A stretch of 64,000 nucleotides of DNA from Vicinamibacterales bacterium (GTDB lineage Bacteria; Acidobacteriota; Vicinamibacteria; Vicinamibacterales; SCN-69-37), in the NCBI GenBank assembly GCA_036675475.1, contig JAKFEY010000027.1, forward strand, positions 47,012 to 111,011, written 5' to 3'. This document shows, one piece after another, positions 6,740 through 14,940 of the stretch; the first letter of the stretch is position 1; every line of letters starts with the position of its first letter. A program made the translations under genes and the position numbers. A model generated the notes under the pieces. The model was not told where the DNA came from and made no database searches. It saw only the letters and a list, made by a program, of their open reading frames with translations.

Positions 6740-9070
6740 ATGCTTACGTCTCCCCACGAGCCCGCCGGCGACCGCGCGATGCCTCCGATGCCGCCCAGCA
6801 TGCCGATGGGCAGCGGCGACGGCGAGATCCACCTGCTCGATCGCCTCAGCGTCGTTTATCGCTATCGCCGCCTGGTCATTTCGATCGTGGTGCTCATCGT
6901 CGCCGGCAGCGTCGTGCAGACGTTCACGACCGTGCCGCGCTACAAGGCCACGGCGGTTGTGGAAATCGCGGAGGAGCGCCCGCTCTCGTCATCGCTGCGC
7001 GACATCGAGCAGCAGTTCTCGATTCAGGACCCCGAGGTGTACATGACGACGCAGGAGAACGTCCTGCGGAGCCGCGATCTCGCGCGCGTGGTCGTCAAGA
7101 AACTCGATCTGGCGCACCATCCGGAATTCGCGCCGGGCGCCGACGCGCCCTCCGGCCTTGCCGCGGCGTTCGCGTCGGTACGCGGCCGGATCACCCGTCC
7201 CCTGCGTGAACTGTTTCAGAGCAAGCCCCCTGTCTCCGCGACCGTGACCCCGGCGGCGCCATCCGATCGCGCAGGCGCGTCTGAGACGCCCGAAGAGGCG
7301 GCGCTGGTGACCGCGTTTCTCAACCGCCTGGTGATCGAGCGGCGTCCGCTGAGCCGGCATGTCAACGTGCAGTTCGACGCGCGTGACCCTCAGCTTGCCG
7401 CGCGCGCCGCGAACATGCTGGCCGAGGAGTACGTCGACAAGAATCTCGAGCTGAAGCGGACGGCGCTCGACAGCCGCATCAAGCTGTACGAGAGCGAAAT
7501 CCAGAACCAGAAGCTTCTGATCGACGGATATCAGACTGCGCTCTTCGCCTACCGGGCGAAGACCGGCACCGGCGACGTCAACGAGAACGTGCTGGGCACC
7601 ACCATCGCGCAGTTCGCCAGCGAAGAAAACAGGGCGGCCACCCTGGCCGTTCAGCACAAGGCTGTGTACGACCAGCTTCGGCCGGTGCTCGAGAACCCGG
7701 ACTTCGAGGTCACCGATCCCAAAATCATGTCGCTGCCGGCCATCGTGGGCGACGGCACGGTGAGCGCCCTGCAGGGGACCCTGCAGCGGCTGCAGAGCGA
7801 GCTCCAGGCGCAGCGGGTGCAGGGCCGCATGGACAACTACCCCGAGGTGCGCCGGATCAATCAGGACATCGAGCAGAACAAGCTGCAGCTCCGCAACCGC
7901 ATCCGCCTGCTCGCGCAGACGGCGCGCACGCAGTACGAAAGCGCGAACGCCAACGCGCAGAGCTATCGCAAGCTGCTCAACGAGACGCAGGCCAAGGCGG
8001 CGCAGGCGGGCATCGACGCCGTGCAGCCGGGATTCGTCGAGACCAGCCTGCGGGCGGCCCAGACCCTCTTGACGAGCCTGACGGCGGAGTTGCAGCAGAC
8101 CAAGGTCATGTCCAACAGCACGGAAAACAACGTGCGGACGATGGACCGGGCCGAGATACCGCCGGCGCCGTACACGCCGAACGTGCCGAACAATCTGGCG
8201 ATCGGCCTGATTGCGGGCCTCGTGCTCGCCGTGGGCGTGGCGTTCGCCCTCGATTATCTCGACGACACGATCAAGACGCCCGAAGACATCACCCGCAAGC
8301 TGCGCATTCCGTTCCTGGGGCTCGTGCCGGCGGTGCGCGGCGACAAGCAGCCGGTGTTGTCCGGCCCCGTCCCGCATGATTTCGGGGAAGCGTACCGCGC
8401 GCTGCGCACGTCGCTGGTCTTCACCAGCGGCGGCGAGAAGACGCGCGTGATCGCCGTGACGAGCGCGCAGCCGCTCGAAGGCAAGACGACCACCGCGTGC
8501 AACCTCGCGATGGTGCTCGCGTTCGGCGGATCGCGCGTGCTGCTGATGGACGCCGACCTGCGGCGGCCCGGCGTGCACAAGGCGCTGAAGTTGAACAACA
8601 CGGTGGGCCTGTCGCACCTGCTCGTGGGCCAGGCGCGGGTGCGCGAGGCGATTCAGCGCACCTCCGATCCGAACTTCTGCGTGATGACGGCCGGGCGCAC
8701 GCCGCCCAATCCGTCGGAGCTGCTGTCGTCCGAGCGCATGCGCCAGCTGGTAGAGAACCTGTCCGAGGGCCCGTTCGACTGGGTCATCATCGACACGCCT
8801 CCCGTGCTGGCCGTCACCGATGCCGTGGTGATCACGCCGATGGTGTCGGGCACCGTCTTCGTGCTTGGTGCCGAAATGACGCGCCGCCGGCTGGCCGAGC
8901 GCGCGGTACAGATGGTGCTGCAGACACGCCCGCGCGTGGTGGGTGCCGTGCTGAACCGCGTCAACTTCGACCGCAACAAGTATTACTATTCGCGCTACTA
9001 CGGCTATCAGTACAAGAGCTACTACGGGCAGCAGACCCGGGCAACCGAGCAGCCCTCATCCGAGGGCTGA
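6740..9070 (+). CDS. Polysaccharide co-polymerase / BY tyrosine autokinase (Wzc/GumC-like)
   Basis: It has an N-terminal Wzz-type TM plus coiled coil and a C-terminal P-loop with Walker A (LEGKTTTACNLA), A' (LLMDADLRRP) and B (VIIDTPPVLAVTDA). The terminal Tyr cluster is YYYSRYYGYQYKSYY. Confidence 0.85.
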   Translation: MLTSPHEPAGDRAMPPMPPSMPMGSGDGEIHLLDRLSVVYRYRRLVISIVVLIVAGSVVQTFTTVPRYKATAVVEIAEERPLSSSLRDIEQQFSIQDPEVYMTTQENVLRSRDLARVVVKKLDLAHHPEFAPGADAPSGLAAAFASVRGRITRPLRELFQSKPPVSATVTPAAPSDRAGASETPEEAALVTAFLNRLVIERRPLSRHVNVQFDARDPQLAARAANMLAEEYVDKNLELKRTALDSRIKLYESEIQNQKLLIDGYQTALFAYRAKTGTGDVNENVLGTTIAQFASEENRAATLAVQHKAVYDQLRPVLENPDFEVTDPKIMSLPAIVGDGTVSALQGTLQRLQSELQAQRVQGRMDNYPEVRRINQDIEQNKLQLRNRIRLLAQTARTQYESANANAQSYRKLLNETQAKAAQAGIDAVQPGFVETSLRAAQTLLTSLTAELQQTKVMSNSTENNVRTMDRAEIPPAPYTPNVPNNLAIGLIAGLVLAVGVAFALDYLDDTIKTPEDITRKLRIPFLGLVPAVRGDKQPVLSGPVPHDFGEAYRALRTSLVFTSGGEKTRVIAVTSAQPLEGKTTTACNLAMVLAFGGSRVLLMDADLRRPGVHKALKLNNTVGLSHLLVGQARVREAIQRTSDPNFCVMTAGRTPPNPSELLSSERMRQLVENLSEGPFDWVIIDTPPVLAVTDAVVITPMVSGTVFVLGAEMTRRRLAERAVQMVLQTRPRVVGAVLNRVNFDRNKYYYSRYYGYQYKSYYGQQTRATEQPSSEG

Positions 9071-9119
9071 CCGCAGCCGCGCGGCAGCCGCGGCGGCTGT
9101 CGGTGCGGTCGCGTGGGCG

Positions 9120-10388
9120 GTGCTCGCGTTCGGGGCCGTCTATCCCTGGGCCGCGCCCCCGCTGCTCGCGCTTGCGCTCGTCGCGCTGTGGCTCGCGCGC
9201 GCCACGCCGTCGCGGCGCGACCTGCTCGACGTCGCGCCGCTCGCCGCGGTCGCGATCATCGCGTTTCAGCTGATGCCGCTTCCCGTGTCCGTGCTCGACG
9301 TGCTCGCGCCCGAACACCGCGCCTATCGCGCGGCCATGTCGCTCGGCTACGACGCGCGCGCGTGGGCGCCGCTGTCGCTCGATCCGCGGGCCACGCGCAC
9401 GGGACTGATGCTGGCCGCGGCGGCCCTCGCGCTGTTTTCGGCCACGCGGCAGCTTGCGGAACACGAACGGCGGACGGCGGCGCGATGGATTGCCTGGCTC
9501 GCGGCGATCGTGTCACTCCTCGGCCTCGGCTCGGGGATGCTGTTTCCGGGCGGGCGCATTTACGGGTTCTGGCAGCCGCTCGAGCCGAGCGCGCAGCCGT
9601 TTGGCGTCATCATCAACCGCAATCACTTCGCGGCGTGGGCGATGATCGCCGCCGCGCTCGCGGCCGGCGGCCTGGCCACCCATGCGGCGCGCCGGCGCGC
9701 GCACACGCCGGCCGCGCGCGCCCTGGTCGAGGCGCTGAGCGACACACGCGCGCTGTGGCTGCTCTTCCCGGCCGTCGTCGCCATCGCCGCGGCTGTTGCC
9801 ACGGGATCGCGCTCGGCGCTTGCCGGACTGCTTGCGGCAGGGCTCGTCGCGGCGCTGCTGGTCAGAAGGCGCGCCGGACGCGCCGCGCGGCGCGTGGCGA
9901 TTGCCGCGGCGGCCCTGTGCCTGATCGCCGCGTTCAACTGGTCGCGGCCCGACGTCCTCATGTCGCGCCTCGATCGAACGGGCGGCGAGCTCGGGCTGCG
10001 TTCCGCGATCTGGCAGGAGTCGATCGGCATCGCGCAGCGGTACCCGATCACGGGCGTGGGCGCCGGCGCCTTCCCCGCCGCCATGGCGCACTATCAGCGC
10101 GCCACGCGCGACGTGTTCTTCAATCACGCGCACAACCAGTACCTCGAGATCGCCGCCGAAGGCGGCCTGCTGCTGGGCCTGCCGCTGCTGCTGTTTGCGG
10201 GCGCGCTCGCCTGGCGCATCGCGCGCCGGCTGCGGGCGCCCGCCGGCAGCGCCTTCTGGCTCCGCGCCGGCGCCGCGGCGGCGCTCGCCGGCCTGGCCGT
10301 GCTGTGTATCTGGGAATCGCCGTTCCGCACGCCGGCCACGCTCATGCTGGCGGCCGTGGCCGCGGGGCTTGCGGCGGGGCGCGACTGA
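9120..10388 (+). CDS. O-antigen ligase/polymerase family (Wzy_C) membrane protein
   Basis: 422-aa polytopic protein with the family motif FFNHAHNQYLEIAAEGGLLLGLPLLLF. Confidence 0.8.
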   Translation: MLAFGAVYPWAAPPLLALALVALWLARATPSRRDLLDVAPLAAVAIIAFQLMPLPVSVLDVLAPEHRAYRAAMSLGYDARAWAPLSLDPRATRTGLMLAAAALALFSATRQLAEHERRTAARWIAWLAAIVSLLGLGSGMLFPGGRIYGFWQPLEPSAQPFGVIINRNHFAAWAMIAAALAAGGLATHAARRRAHTPAARALVEALSDTRALWLLFPAVVAIAAAVATGSRSALAGLLAAGLVAALLVRRRAGRAARRVAIAAAALCLIAAFNWSRPDVLMSRLDRTGGELGLRSAIWQESIGIAQRYPITGVGAGAFPAAMAHYQRATRDVFFNHAHNQYLEIAAEGGLLLGLPLLLFAGALAWRIARRLRAPAGSAFWLRAGAAAALAGLAVLCIWESPFRTPATLMLAAVAAGLAAGRD

Positions 10389-11131
10389 TGGCGCTGCGGG
10401 TGGCCTTCGATCTCGACGGGGTCATCGCCGACTTCCGCTCGGCGTTCGAGCGCGAGGCGCGCCGTCACGTCGCCGGCGTGCTCGATCCCGACCGCGCCGA
10501 CAGCGACACGTTCTCGAACGCCGAGATGCGGCGCATCTGGGCGCGCATCCAGCGCACGCCGAACTGGTGGACGACGGTGAAGCCGTACGAACCGGCCGAG
10601 ATCGCGCGCCTGTACGAGATCGCGCGGCGCAGGCGCTGGGAAGTCGTCTTCATGACGAAACGGCCGGTCACGGCCGGTGAGCCCGTGCAGTTCCAGACGC
10701 AGCACTGGCTCGAGCAGCACGGCTTTCACTATCCCGCGGTCGTCACCGTTCCAGGCTCACGCGGCGAGCTGGCCAACGCCCTGCGCCTCGACATCGTCGT
10801 CGACGATCAGCTTTATAACTGCCTCGATGTCGTGAGCGGATCGCATGCGAAGGCGCTGCTGCTGGCGCGCGATCGCAGCGACGATGTGGAGCGCCAGGCC
10901 GCGTCGCGCGGGATCGGCGTGGTGCGGACGCTGGCGGAGGCCGTTGACGCGCTAACGGGCCTGGAGACGCACCAGACCGAGCGCCAGGGGCGCCTGCAGC
11001 GATTGAGCGACTGGCTCGTGCCGAAATCCGACGCCGCGCTGCCGTCGCAGCCGGATCCGGGGCGGGTCACGCTCAGCGATCCTGACGGGACGGATCCGGA
11101 TCGGGATCCGCAGGGCGGGACGGGCGTCTGA
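10388..11131 (+). CDS. HAD-superfamily hydrolase, 5'(3')-deoxyribonucleotidase (NT5C)-like
   Basis: Real start MALRVAFDLDGVIADF (DxDGV nucleophile motif) at 10388, which overlaps the upstream stop (TGATG). The 425 aa upstream in track ORF 9113..11131 are an out-of-frame read of the Wzy_C gene. Confidence 0.65.
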   Translation: MALRVAFDLDGVIADFRSAFEREARRHVAGVLDPDRADSDTFSNAEMRRIWARIQRTPNWWTTVKPYEPAEIARLYEIARRRRWEVVFMTKRPVTAGEPVQFQTQHWLEQHGFHYPAVVTVPGSRGELANALRLDIVVDDQLYNCLDVVSGSHAKALLLARDRSDDVERQAASRGIGVVRTLAEAVDALTGLETHQTERQGRLQRLSDWLVPKSDAALPSQPDPGRVTLSDPDGTDPDRDPQGGTGV

Positions 11132-12227
11132 ACCAGCCGGGCGCGCCGCCGGCCAGCCGTCGCAGGTACAGCAGGGGCAACGGCAGGCGCGAGCGTGCGT
11201 CACTCCGCACGAACGCCGCGTCGGGCAGAAAGGTTTCGCGCAGGAGCGCCGCACGATCGCGCCAGCCGAGGGCGCGCCAGTCGAGCGCGAAGTCGTCGCC
11301 ACGGGAGCGATCCTCCCTCGTGAACATCAACAGATCCGACGGCTGCGCGGCCAGACGCGCAACGGCATCGGCGACGCCGGCCGGCAGCGTCTCGCCCGAT
11401 CGCGCCGCGGCGCCGCTCACTTCGTACGCCACCAGCGGTCCCACCCCCCAATGGGCCGCTCGCTCGAGCAGCTGCGGCACGCGCCGTTCGGCATGCGCGG
11501 CCAGACGCAGCATGTCGACGTCCCAGATCAGGCGCCGCTCGCCAGGATGATGCACCAGCCGGTGCACGGCGGCCGTGATGATCGCGTCCACGTCATCGGG
11601 CCCGCGCGCCGCGCGATGCAGGCCCGGGAGCGGCACGCTTCGCGCCGCGACATCCGCGAAGGACATGCGCGAGGCCAGCGCGGGCGCGTTCACGACGCCG
11701 GTGTGGAGATCGACGGTGCATTCGCCGTCGGCCACCGGCCGGCGGTAACTCTGCTGCCGCACGCGCACCCGGCCCGGCTTTTTCACGTCCTTGACGAAGC
11801 CGGCGCCAAGCAGCGCGCGTTCGACGATGCCGGCGTGGCGGTGCTCGACGAGCAGGTCCCAGTCGAGGCGCATGCGATCGGCCGGCGACCCGTACAGGCT
11901 GTACGCGAGCGCCGCGCCTTTGAAGAACAGTACCGGCACGTTCACGTGATCGAGCGCGCCGGCGACGGCGTGACGCTGCAGGGCTTCATACAACGTCCAG
12001 CGGCGCAACGCCCCCTGCATGGCGGCGACGTGCGCTCCAAGTCGAACCTCCGCTACATCCGGCGGCTCGACGCGCAGAAGTCCCCGCAGCGCAAACGGCA
12101 CCACCTGCTGCTCTTCGGCAGCCGTGACGAGATCGCCTGGATCGCAGGGCGCGATCTCCGCGGGGGTGATCTGATGGGGATGAAAGAGAAGGCCGGCGAG
12201 TATGCGCGCGACGGGCATGCCGCCCAC
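11073..12227 (-). CDS. Nucleotidyltransferase family protein (uncharacterised NTP_transf_5-like)
   Basis: 384 aa. VPVLFFKGAALAYSLYGSPADRMRLDWDLLVEHRH resembles the NTP_transf_5 core (K-G..L....Y......R...D.DLLV). Confidence 0.6.
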   Translation of the reverse strand: MGGMPVARILAGLLFHPHQITPAEIAPCDPGDLVTAAEEQQVVPFALRGLLRVEPPDVAEVRLGAHVAAMQGALRRWTLYEALQRHAVAGALDHVNVPVLFFKGAALAYSLYGSPADRMRLDWDLLVEHRHAGIVERALLGAGFVKDVKKPGRVRVRQQSYRRPVADGECTVDLHTGVVNAPALASRMSFADVAARSVPLPGLHRAARGPDDVDAIITAAVHRLVHHPGERRLIWDVDMLRLAAHAERRVPQLLERAAHWGVGPLVAYEVSGAAARSGETLPAGVADAVARLAAQPSDLLMFTREDRSRGDDFALDWRALGWRDRAALLRETFLPDAAFVRSDARSRLPLPLLYLRRLAGGAPGWFRRPSRPADPDPDPSRQDR

Positions 12228-12229
12228 GA

Positions 12230-13399
12230 TCAGCTCCAGATGGAGCTGATGACGGCGCGCCGGAAGGCGGGATGCCGCAGCAGCGCCAGGGCCGCGCGGC
12301 GGTGCCAGTTGAAGTCGGCCGTCTCCTTGAGGAGCGGCACGATGCCGTCGACGCGCGCGAGCTCGACGAGCGCGTCGATGCCGCGGTCGCCAAGCCGGGA
12401 CGCGAGCCTGCGAAAGGCGAGGCCCGCGCGAATGTCGGGCCCGATGCGCTCGCGCCAGCGCGCTTCATACGGGCGCAGGTCGCGCTCGGCGAGGCGGTCG
12501 GCCGCCAGGCACGCGTCGAGCGTCTCGGCGGCGTACACGCCGCTCAGCATGCCGTAGTAGATGCCGCCGCCGGTGGTGGGTTTGACGAGGCCCGCGGCAT
12601 CGCCGACCGCCAGCACGCGATCGGACACGGTCTTGGGCACCGGGCCGAGCGGCAGCATCTTCATCCGCGGCGGGGGCATCGGCGCGGCCGGCATGCCGTG
12701 CTCGCGCGCCAGCTGCGCGGTGAAGGCGTCGAACCGCGCGCGCGCGTCCGTCTCGCACAACAGGCCGAGCCTGGCGTACGGCACGTCGCCGCGGACGAAC
12801 GGCACCGCCCACGCAAACCCGGCCGGCGCGATGGTGCGGCCCATGCGCACGTCGATGTGCGGCAGCGACGCATACGGCATCTCCACCTGCGCGCTCTGCA
12901 CGTAGGCCCGCGGAATGCCGAGGCCGAGCGCGCGATTGAAGCGATAGTTGGCGCCGCAGGCCAGGACCAGCGCGCGCGCGCGAACAGGCGCGCCGCCGCG
13001 CACCGCGGCGGTGACGCCGGCGGCGTCGACCGTGATGCCCTCGACACGGGCGCCGGTGCGCAGCTCCGCGCCGGCATCCGCCGCGCGCGCGGCCAGCGCC
13101 GCGTCGAACCGCGGCCGATCGACGACCGTGGCGATCACGTGATCGCTTTCAATCAGGACGGGCTCACCGTGGCCGGCGCGAAAGCCGGCCGATCGCGTAA
13201 TCGCCAGGATGGTGTCGCGCGGAAGATCGAGCTCGCTGAACGCGTCGTGCCCGAGCACGCCGGTGCAGTGGGCAGGACGGCCGACTTCCGGATGCTCTTC
13301 GAGCACGAGCGTGTCTCGTCCGCGCGCCGCGAGACGCGCGGCAGCCGACAGACCCGCAGGGCCCGCTCCTATGATGAGAACATCACGCACGTCGCGCAC
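12230..13399 (-). CDS. Geranylgeranyl reductase family FAD-dependent oxidoreductase
   Basis: It has the dinucleotide fold VLIIGAGPAGLSAAARLA, HCTGVLG, and the C-terminal GDAAGLVKPTTGGGIYYGM motif typical of the GGR family. Confidence 0.8.
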   Translation of the reverse strand: MRDVRDVLIIGAGPAGLSAAARLAARGRDTLVLEEHPEVGRPAHCTGVLGHDAFSELDLPRDTILAITRSAGFRAGHGEPVLIESDHVIATVVDRPRFDAALAARAADAGAELRTGARVEGITVDAAGVTAAVRGGAPVRARALVLACGANYRFNRALGLGIPRAYVQSAQVEMPYASLPHIDVRMGRTIAPAGFAWAVPFVRGDVPYARLGLLCETDARARFDAFTAQLAREHGMPAAPMPPPRMKMLPLGPVPKTVSDRVLAVGDAAGLVKPTTGGGIYYGMLSGVYAAETLDACLAADRLAERDLRPYEARWRERIGPDIRAGLAFRRLASRLGDRGIDALVELARVDGIVPLLKETADFNWHRRAALALLRHPAFRRAVISSIWS

Positions 13400-13411
13400 T
13401 CTCGCCGGGCC

Positions 13412-14074
13412 TCAGGTGAGTCTGCTGTTCGTGCCGCGCCGCTCCCACGATCCGCGAAGCGTGATGACGAGCGACTGCAGCACCAGGCGCAGGTCAAGCC
13501 AGACGCTCTGCCTGCGAAGGTAGAGCTTATCGTAGCGGAATTTCTGACGGCGGGGTAGGTCGCGCCGCGCGTAGATCTGTGCGATGCCGGTGAGCCCGGG
13601 CCGCACCGCCGACCGCACCGTGAAGCCCGGGACGTCCTCCAGGGCCTGGGCGCCGGCGCCGGCGGCGTGCGTTTCGATCTCTCCTGGCCGCAGGGCGCGC
13701 GGCCCGACCACGCTCATGTCGCCGCGGAGGATGTTCCACAGCTGCGGCAGCTCGTCGAGCGCGGTCGCGCGCAGCACGCGCCCCACGCGCGTCACGCGCG
13801 GATCCCGGGCGACGGCCTGCCGCGGCCCGTCGCGCTCGGCGTCGGCCACCATCGAGCGGAACTTCCACGCCAGGAACGGCCGGCCCCGCAGGCCCGAACG
13901 CGGCTGCGCGTAAAAGACCGGGCCGCGGCTGTCGAGCCGAATGGCCGCGGCGGCCGCAAGGGCAATCGGCAGCGTCAGGATCAGGCCGGCCGACGCAAAC
14001 GCGATGTCGACACTCCGCTTGATCGGGTCGCGCGCAATGGCGGCGCCTCGCGCCAGGAGGCCGGCGTCGGTCAT
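13412..14074 (-). CDS. Polyprenyl-phosphate sugar-phosphate transferase (bacterial sugar transferase, EpsL/WcaJ C-domain type)
   Basis: Real start MTDAGLL at 14072-14074. It has one TM, then PVFYAQPRSGLRGRPFLAWKFRSM...DELPQLWNILRGDMSVVGPRA...RPGLTGIAQI. Confidence 0.85.
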   Translation of the reverse strand: MTDAGLLARGAAIARDPIKRSVDIAFASAGLILTLPIALAAAAAIRLDSRGPVFYAQPRSGLRGRPFLAWKFRSMVADAERDGPRQAVARDPRVTRVGRVLRATALDELPQLWNILRGDMSVVGPRALRPGEIETHAAGAGAQALEDVPGFTVRSAVRPGLTGIAQIYARRDLPRRQKFRYDKLYLRRQSVWLDLRLVLQSLVITLRGSWERRGTNSRLT

Positions 14075-14940
14075 TACTTGACCCGGCGCCCGCCAAGCGC
14101 GTCGTACAGCAGCAGCCACCGGCATCGCGTGAAGATGCCGGCGTACGCGGCTGCATCCTTGAGAGGATTGCGCCGGAAGTGTTTCCGGTAATACCGCCAC
14201 AGACTCTCGTGCCGGGCGCGAATCATCGCCGGTTTCACCGCGCGGGAGCTGGCGCCAATCTCGTGTCGCAGCGTGACCAACGGCAGATAGCGCACCGCGC
14301 GTCCCGCCAGCGTCGCGCGGTAGCAGAAGTCGACATCTTCGCAGTACATGAAGAAGCCCTCGTCGAGCCCGCCCAGGTCGGCGGCCAGCTGCCGGCGGTG
14401 CACGAGTGCCGCGCCCGACACCCAGTCCGCCCTCGTCACGCCATCGCGATCGGCCTCGGTTCGAAGGTACCGCTTCGAGAATGGATTGCCGGGCCAGAGG
14501 CGCGTGAGCAGCGAATAGCGGTGCCCGAGCGCGGAATGGAAACCGGGAAACCCGCGCGCGGAGGGCTCGATGCGGCCCTGCGCGTCGACGAGCTTGAGTC
14601 CGGCAATCGCGGTGCCGGGATGCGCGTCGAGCCACGCGACCACGCCGGCGAAGCGGCCGTCGACGACCTCGGTGTCGGGATTGATCCACGCGACGTACCG
14701 CCCGCGCGCGACGGCAAGCCCGGCATTGATGCCGCCGGCAAAGCCCGCATTCCGGCCGTGCTCGATGACGCGCGCGTGCGGAAATCGCTGCCGCACGAGC
14801 GCGGCGGTCCCGTCGGTCGACGCGTTGTCGACCACGATCACCTCGGCAGCCACGCCGTCGAGCGCGGGCACGAGCGACGCCACACACGCCTCGATGTGCC
14901 GCGCGGAGTGGTAGGTGACGATGATGATCGAGAGATCCAT
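14074..14940 (-). CDS. Glycosyltransferase family 2
   Basis: Real start MDLSIIIVTYHS at 14938-14940, forming ATGA with the AsnB stop. It has the VVDNASTDGT and INPDTEV motifs. Confidence 0.85.
   Translation of the reverse strand: MDLSIIIVTYHSARHIEACVASLVPALDGVAAEVIVVDNASTDGTAALVRQRFPHARVIEHGRNAGFAGGINAGLAVARGRYVAWINPDTEVVDGRFAGVVAWLDAHPGTAIAGLKLVDAQGRIEPSARGFPGFHSALGHRYSLLTRLWPGNPFSKRYLRTEADRDGVTRADWVSGAALVHRRQLAADLGGLDEGFFMYCEDVDFCYRATLAGRAVRYLPLVTLRHEIGASSRAVKPAMIRARHESLWRYYRKHFRRNPLKDAAAYAGIFTRCRWLLLYDALGGRRVK

Noticed and set aside
6989-8617. 542-aa minus-strand ORF antisense to the Wzc-like gene
   Set aside because: It has low-complexity Arg/His/Leu-rich composition, and the plus-strand frame carries complete Walker A/A'/B motifs and the Tyr cluster.
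9113-11131. 672-aa plus-strand ORF as a single gene
   Set aside because: The first 425 aa are an out-of-frame read of the O-antigen-ligase-family gene and are Arg/Ala-rich. Only the part from 10388 (DLDGV HAD motif) looks real.
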